Below, piece after piece: positions 57,980-64,000 of a DNA stretch of 64,000 nt. Both the position numbers and the translations under genes were made by a program. The DNA is from Octopus vulgaris. Taxonomy: Eukaryota. Each line of letters opens with the position of its first letter. The first letter of the stretch is position 1. Where the stretch lies: assembly GCA_951406725.2 (NCBI GenBank), contig OX597826.1, forward strand, positions 52,452,001 to 52,516,000, read 5' to 3'. The notes under the pieces are model-generated. The model saw only the letters and a program-made list of their open reading frames with translations, did not search any database and had not been told where the DNA came from.

Positions 57980-59018
57980 ACATTATATAAAAGGGCTTAG
58001 TAAAATAAATTACTTTGCCGCATACTGAACTCATTAGAAATAGCAGCTAAAAAACTTTTTAAAACTATTTCTAATACTTAAAAAACCTCTCTCATATAGT
58101 GTTTGCTCAACTCAACTCACGAAAGTTTGGGGGTAAAGACATCAAAAAATCAAATGCAAAGGTTATTTGAGAACGTACGTTTCAAGATTAGTCAACACGA
58201 CACTTCTATCATCAGCTCAGAAACTCCTTGGTTTGGATTTGAAAACACTGAAAGTGAGAGCATACTCTTTCGGCATCTCATCGCTTTCGAAGATCTGCTC
58301 GTAACTAACAGTGCCAACAAACTCAAATATGCAAGCGAAGAATTTCTGTTCTCCCTTTCCACCAGCGTGGGTTAAAATCAGCAAACACTATGCTTATTTC
58401 GGTAAAATCCGAAGCATTAATTAGAGGGAGATTAATTATAATTTCAACAATTGAGGGTAAAATTAATTAATTATTAATCAATTTCACCAAGTGTTCAGTA
58501 TGCAAAGGGACCATTTAAGGCGAATTCAAATTATTACATTATATAAAGGGCTTAGTAAAATAAATTATTTGCCGCATATGAACTCATTAGAAATATATAC
58601 TTTTTAAAACTATTTCTAATACTTAAAAAAACCTCTCTCTATAGTGTTTGCTCAACTCAACTCACGAAAGTTTGGGGTAAAGACATCAAAAAATCAAATG
58701 CAAGGTTATTTGAGAACGTACGTTTCAAGATTAGTCAACACGACACTTCTATCATCAGCTCAAATAACCTTTGCATTTGATTTTTTGATGACTTACCAAA
58801 CTTCGTGAGTTGGAAACACTTATGAGAGAGGTTTTCTTTAAGTATTAGAAATAGTTTTAAAAGTTTTTAGCTGCTATTCTTGAGTTCAGTATGAAAGTAA
58901 TTTATTTTACTAACCCTTTATATAATGTAATAATTTGAATTCGCTTAATGGTCCCTTTGCATACTGAACACTTGGTGAAATTGATTAATTTAATTAATTT
59001 TACCCTCAATTGTTGAAA
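57980..59018. mobile_element. Partially tandem plus inverted PLE-type repeat array with two hammerheads (58168-58219 and 58711-58762, minus strand)
   Basis: 57980-58219 is repeated at 58537-58762. 58759-59018 is an inverted copy of ~58441-58714. rc motif TGAG-CTGATGA...GAAACGTACGTT|CTCA. Confidence 0.8.
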
Positions 59019-59029
59019 TCATACGATTG

Positions 59030-61325
59030 GACGCCACGCACCCATTTCCAAGTTAGTTTTATATACACTCCAGGAAAGAAGAAATCTGGAAGGCACCGAA
59101 GAACCTGTAACTTCTACCTGCGGGGCAAATGTTGGCATGTTGAGGGCGGCAAAAACTGCCGGTTCACCCACCCAACACCCCGCCAGAACTTCAGGGGATT
59201 CAAAGAGTAAAAGTTTACCGAGGGAACACAAGAAATGTCTCCCAGGAAAACTTTCAAAAACTAAGTGCGCTCCTCAGATGTTCTGCGCAACGCAGCAGCT
59301 GAGCAAGAGTCTTTTTTATGCATGGCGGAAAGAATTGTCCGGCAGCTAACCTGGCTACACCAAGCACAGAGAAGGAACCCTGCCCACCACTATGCAAGAC
59401 CACCACAGTCAACAGACACGGGATGGCCTCCCCTAACTCCTGCACAGCCGTCACCCCAATACTTTTACTAAATATTGGGGGCCTGTTGCATCAAAATAGA
59501 AACAAAATTTCTTTCCTGAGAGATCTTACTGCATGCAATCAAGCCCTATGCATAGCACTTGTGGAAACTCACCTCAACCTTGATATAGAGGACGCAGAAG
59601 TACACAAGGTTACAATAGAGTGTATTGACATTAGCGAAAAAGATGTCCTACTAGCCATAGATGAAGTCGACACAAACTCAACTGCTGGTCCTGATGGTTT
59701 CCCAGCCATCCTCCTCAAAGCGTGTAAGCATGCCCTGGCAAAACCCCTCAAGATTCTCTTCCAGAGCTTTCTTGCGAATGGCAAACTGCCAAGCAAGCTG
59801 AAGGAGGGAATAATATGCCCAATACATAAAGGGGGAAGTAGAGCAGATGCCAAAGACTATAGGCCTATCTCTCTGACTTCACACATCAGCAAAGTCAAAG
59901 AAAGGATAGTCAGAAAGAAACTAATCGCATTCCTTGAGGAGTAATACCCAGCATGGTTTTCGACCAGGTAGGAGCTGCCTGACCCAGCTCTTACAGCATT
60001 ATGACTGGGTGTTGAGGCAGTTACTCAACAAATCAAATGTGGACGTAATCTACCTTGATTTTGCAAAAGCTTTTGACAAGGTGGATCATGGTATGATATG
60101 CTACAAACCACGTGACCTCAGCATAGCTGGAAAACTTGGAGTGTGGTTGCATGACTTCCTGAAAGATAGGAGTCAGGCAGTAGTGGTTAATGGAGCCACC
60201 TCTATGAACACACAAATAGTGAGCGGTGTTCCACAGGGCACTATCTTGGGACCACTGCTTTTTATAGTGGCCCTCTCAGATATGCCCTCAAATGCCCGGA
60301 TAGCCACTCTGGCCAGCTATGCAGACGATACGAAAGTCTCGCAGAAAATACAGAACCCCAGCGATGTTGCACACCTGCAGCAGGAGTTGGACTCAATCTA
60401 CAGATGGGCTGAGGATAATAATATGCAGTTTAATGCTGAAAAATTCCAGGCCCTGCGCTACCAGCATCCAAAACTGAATATTAAACTTACAGGATACACC
60501 GGTCCACAGGGAATTTCAATCCCAGAACCTAAGTCTGTGAGGGACTTGGGTATCGACATGAGTGATGATACCTCTTTCCAAGTGCACATTACCAGGATGG
60601 CGACAAAGTGCAGACGACTGGCTGGGTGGATCCTAAGAACATTTTCTTTTCTTCTAGTTTCAGATCAGAGCTGCGGCCATGCTGATGCACCGCCGTTTTG
60701 TGCTACATTCGTCCTCAGTCGCCTGGATTACTGCTCACAGTTATGGTCACCCACCAGTGTAAAATTAACAGCAGACCTTGAAGCAATCCAGCGAAGATTC
60801 ACAAAGATCGTCTCTTTGCAACAGCTCAGCTACTGGGAAAGGCTGAAACAGCTGAGACTCTACTCCCTGGAGAGAAGACGGGTGAGGTATGCAGTAATAT
60901 ATGTCTGGAAGATCCTGGAAGGAATTGTGCCAAATTTTGGCATTGTAAGCTACACTAATACTAGAACGGGACGACACTGCATAGTGCCAAAGATCCCAGC
61001 AATGCCATCACGCTTCAGGACCAGCTTCTGTAACAGCTTGGGTTTCAAGGGCCCACAGCTTTTTAATATTCTCCCAAAGAGTCTGAGGAACTAGCACAAA
61101 GTATATGTAGCGGTTTTTAAATCAAAGCTGGACATCTTCCTGTCAAGACTCCCAGATGAACCTACCTCACGGCAAGAGGTGCAAATGAGAGTAGCTGTAT
61201 CAAACCTTCATTCTTCACCAAGTGCCACATATTAGACGAGGTTCGTCGCAATAACAGTGTAGCACAAAACGGCGGTGCATCAGCATGGCCGCAGCTCTGA
61301 TCTGAAACTAGAAGAAAAAAAAAAT
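59030..61325 (+). mobile_element. CR1-group LINE with an internal deletion, related to the 50722-54450 element
   Basis: TCNFYLRGKCWH; ILLLNIGGL..VETHL fused directly to the pre-RT region; RT ORF 59934-61094 with GVPQGTILGPLLF and YADDT; tail GGCGGTGCATCAGCATGGCCGCAG. Confidence 0.9.
59934..61094 (+). pseudogene. LINE reverse transcriptase ORF fragment (386 aa open)
   Basis: Recognisable RT motifs. Frameshifted from the upstream ORF and interrupted by a foreign in-frame segment. Confidence 0.85.
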
Positions 61326-61450
61326 GTAAATGTATATACATTTATAAATACATACATGTATATCTATCTATCTATCTATATATATATATATATACACACA
61401 CATACATGCATACATACATACATACATACATACATACATACATACATACA

Positions 61451-61481
<31 letters not shown>

Positions 61482-61844
61482 TTATCTCATATAAAATCCG
61501 TTCTGTTTGTCTCTGTGTGTGTGTGGCTTCTAGGATCTCGGGCACCCTCCATCTGATTGCGCCCAAATTTGATATATAGATACTGCCGGTATTAGGGCGT
61601 GTACAAGTCTTTAAAAAAATTACAAAAATCGATTCCAGGTGGAATCGATTTTCTTTGGAATAGAAAAAATATCTATCTTCATTCCTTCTTTTGCTGGTGT
61701 ATCAAATTTAGGTTACATCAGTGTTTCTCAAAGGAGAGGCCTATGGGACGGTCGGAAAATGTTGTTTAAATGTTTGACAACTCAGCACCGTCCATTTGGC
61801 GGGGGGCGGGGGGCGTTTTGCTCGTATATATACATATATATATG

Positions 61845-62145
61845 TGGAGGCGCAATGGCCCTGTGGTTAGGGCAGCGGACTCGCGGCCGTAGGATCGCGA
61901 TTTCGATTCCCAGACCGGGCGTTGTGAGTGTTTATTGAGCGAAAACACCTAAAGCTCCACGAGGCTCCGGTAGGGAGATGGTGGCGATCCCTGCTGTACT
62001 CTTTCGCCACAACTTTCTCCCACTTTTTCTTCTGTTGGCCTGCTCGCTTAGCCAGCGGGGTGGCGTCATTTGAAGGCTAAAAAACAATGCGAAGCGCATT
62101 GTGACCAGCGATGTGTAGCAACATCTGATAGCCTCTTGGTCACAG
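61845..62145 (+). mobile_element. SINE family C
   Basis: GGAGGCGCAATGGCCCTGTGGTTAGGGCAGCGGACTCG...ATTTCGATTCCCAGACC. Confidence 0.8.
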
Positions 62146-63904
62146 TGATATACATATATGTATATATATATACACACACATGAATATATCAATCCATATA
62201 TAACGTATATATAACAGATGTTTTCTAGTGAACAACCTAATCCACAGCTGACTCTCCCTCAGTTTTCGTACCTTCTAAAGGTGAAGGGTTGACTGATTGA
62301 TATGTCATTATCGATCACCAGTTTGTATAATGTGAAACAGAAAGGAAATAAAAGCAATGATATTATCGCACACTGACCTCGTTAATTATTTTATTTGATA
62401 TTAATGTTGCGTTGAGTTGTTAATTAGTCTGAATATAGTTGTTTTTTTAATTGTTAACTTACTATATTGACCCCCCATAAGCCGATGTGAAATATGAGAC
62501 TGTTTTCATCTTCATGCACACATGCACACCTGCACGCCTAGGCGGCATATACTCTTCTCCCTCCCACACACGCACAGATATGCACACTCAACCAGTCAGA
62601 GAAATACGCACAGCAGACATGCACATGTATACACACATTCAGACATACGCACTTGCATTTCCCAGATAAGCCCGCACGCTCACACACACACACACGCACA
62701 CCGACACACACCATACACACATGCGCGCACTCACCCGGACATACATACACACACGTATACAAGTATGCAGCGTTCTCCACCGCTAATATTCCCTTTGTAC
62801 TGCACTATTTCTTTCTCTCTATTTCTGTCTTACTTAAGATCTATCATTCTTTTTCTCACTTTCTGTTTACTCTCCCCCTCTATCTATTTCTATCTGTCTG
62901 TCTGTCTGTCTCTGTCTCTCTCTCTCTCTCTCCTGTCACTCTTGCTTCATTTCATTCAGAAAATGAGAGAGAGAGAGGGAAGAAGAAGCGTAAACCAAAG
63001 AGATAGACTGAAAACTAAAGAGAGAAAGCTAAACAGTTACGGTCTGAGAAAAATGTTTATTTTTCTATAATAATCAGCACTAGTATTGCATCTACTGCAC
63101 AGACTTGTTTGTAGTTCACACGTGATTTGGGAAACCGTGATCTGTTATACAGCAACAGTCATGTATATGCATAAGAGTTTTATCTGCCAGTCGCAAGCAT
63201 GCAGTAGATTTGACATATATCAATTTATTATATACATATCTTTTTTTCTCTCTCTCTCTCTCTCTTTTGTAACAAACAGATTCAAAGCTTGTCTTTGTAT
63301 GCTGAATGCATATACAAAGTAGAATATGACCGCCGATGTTACGTTAGGTTCTTTTGATCGTGGATAATGTTCCTATATTTTAAAGACTTGTGTGAAAAAA
63401 GAGTACAGGATTAATACGTTGCGGAATTTAATTGAATAAAAATAGAAGTTGATATTATTAAAAGTATGTGACGCCCACAACTTGTAAAAGCATTTATCTC
63501 TGGCTTTTAGAGGTTAAATGATCGATACCAATCAAATACTGGTATATTGCAAAAAGAAAGTTAAGAAGTAAAGACTTTCCTTGTTTTTAGTTATCCGTTT
63601 GTTCTTCGTGCGATGTTACTCTATCCTGTAAACAATATAATATATTGAATTCAGTTTTGGTGCAAAAGTGGGAAGCCTTTCTTTCTACAAACTAAATTCA
63701 ACTGGAGAGGTAGTTGATAAATGCTTGAAACCAAAATAACACCTTGTATTTATATAACTCATGCTGAAAGGTGATTAATAACTCATACACATAAGCACGT
63801 TGCTCGCGGGAAGCTTATCACGTCTACAGAAAGTGTGAATTCGTGTCACACCTGCTGCCTTCGACATATTTTTGCATGCTATTATTTATAGCTTTATAGG
63901 TGGA

Positions 63905-64000
63905 TGTGTGTGACCATATTGTTGCACTCATAATCGTAAAGTTATGGTTTCGATTTCTGGACCGAGTGGTGCCTTATGTTCATGAGTAAAACATTTCATT
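63905..64000 (+). mobile_element. Decayed SINE family A head, cut by the window end
   Basis: GTTGCACTCATAATCG...GGTTTCGATTTCTGGACC...ATGTTCATGAGTAAAACATTTCATT is similar to 355-440. Confidence 0.55.

Overview
AT-rich, microsatellite-saturated animal DNA. The SINE and microsatellite landscape strongly suggests an octopus (cephalopod) genome; this is an inference. I found no intact host gene. Most listed ORFs are translations of (TA)n/(CA)n/triplet repeats. The window is mostly decayed mobile elements: at least four tRNA-derived SINE families, Dong/R4-type and CR1-type LINEs, RTE, Gypsy, hAT, Tc1/mariner and Helentron-like relics, and several Penelope-like elements (PLEs). Three structures stand out. 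(1) More than 15 hammerhead-ribozyme-like motifs from several unrelated PLE-type families, many sitting back-to-back and pointing outward in short non-coding fold-back elements flanked by (TA)n. One family keeps hammerhead topology but has a non-canonical core (GUGAACA), and at one locus the fold-back junction falls exactly on hammerhead stem I. (2) A ~9.5 kb genomic palindrome (~26.45-35.93 kb) carrying two convergent dead mariner copies, with arm identity rising toward the centre. (3) A LINE whose RT ORF contains an inverted copy of its own 3' tail. Coordinates were read by eye; element boundaries are approximate.
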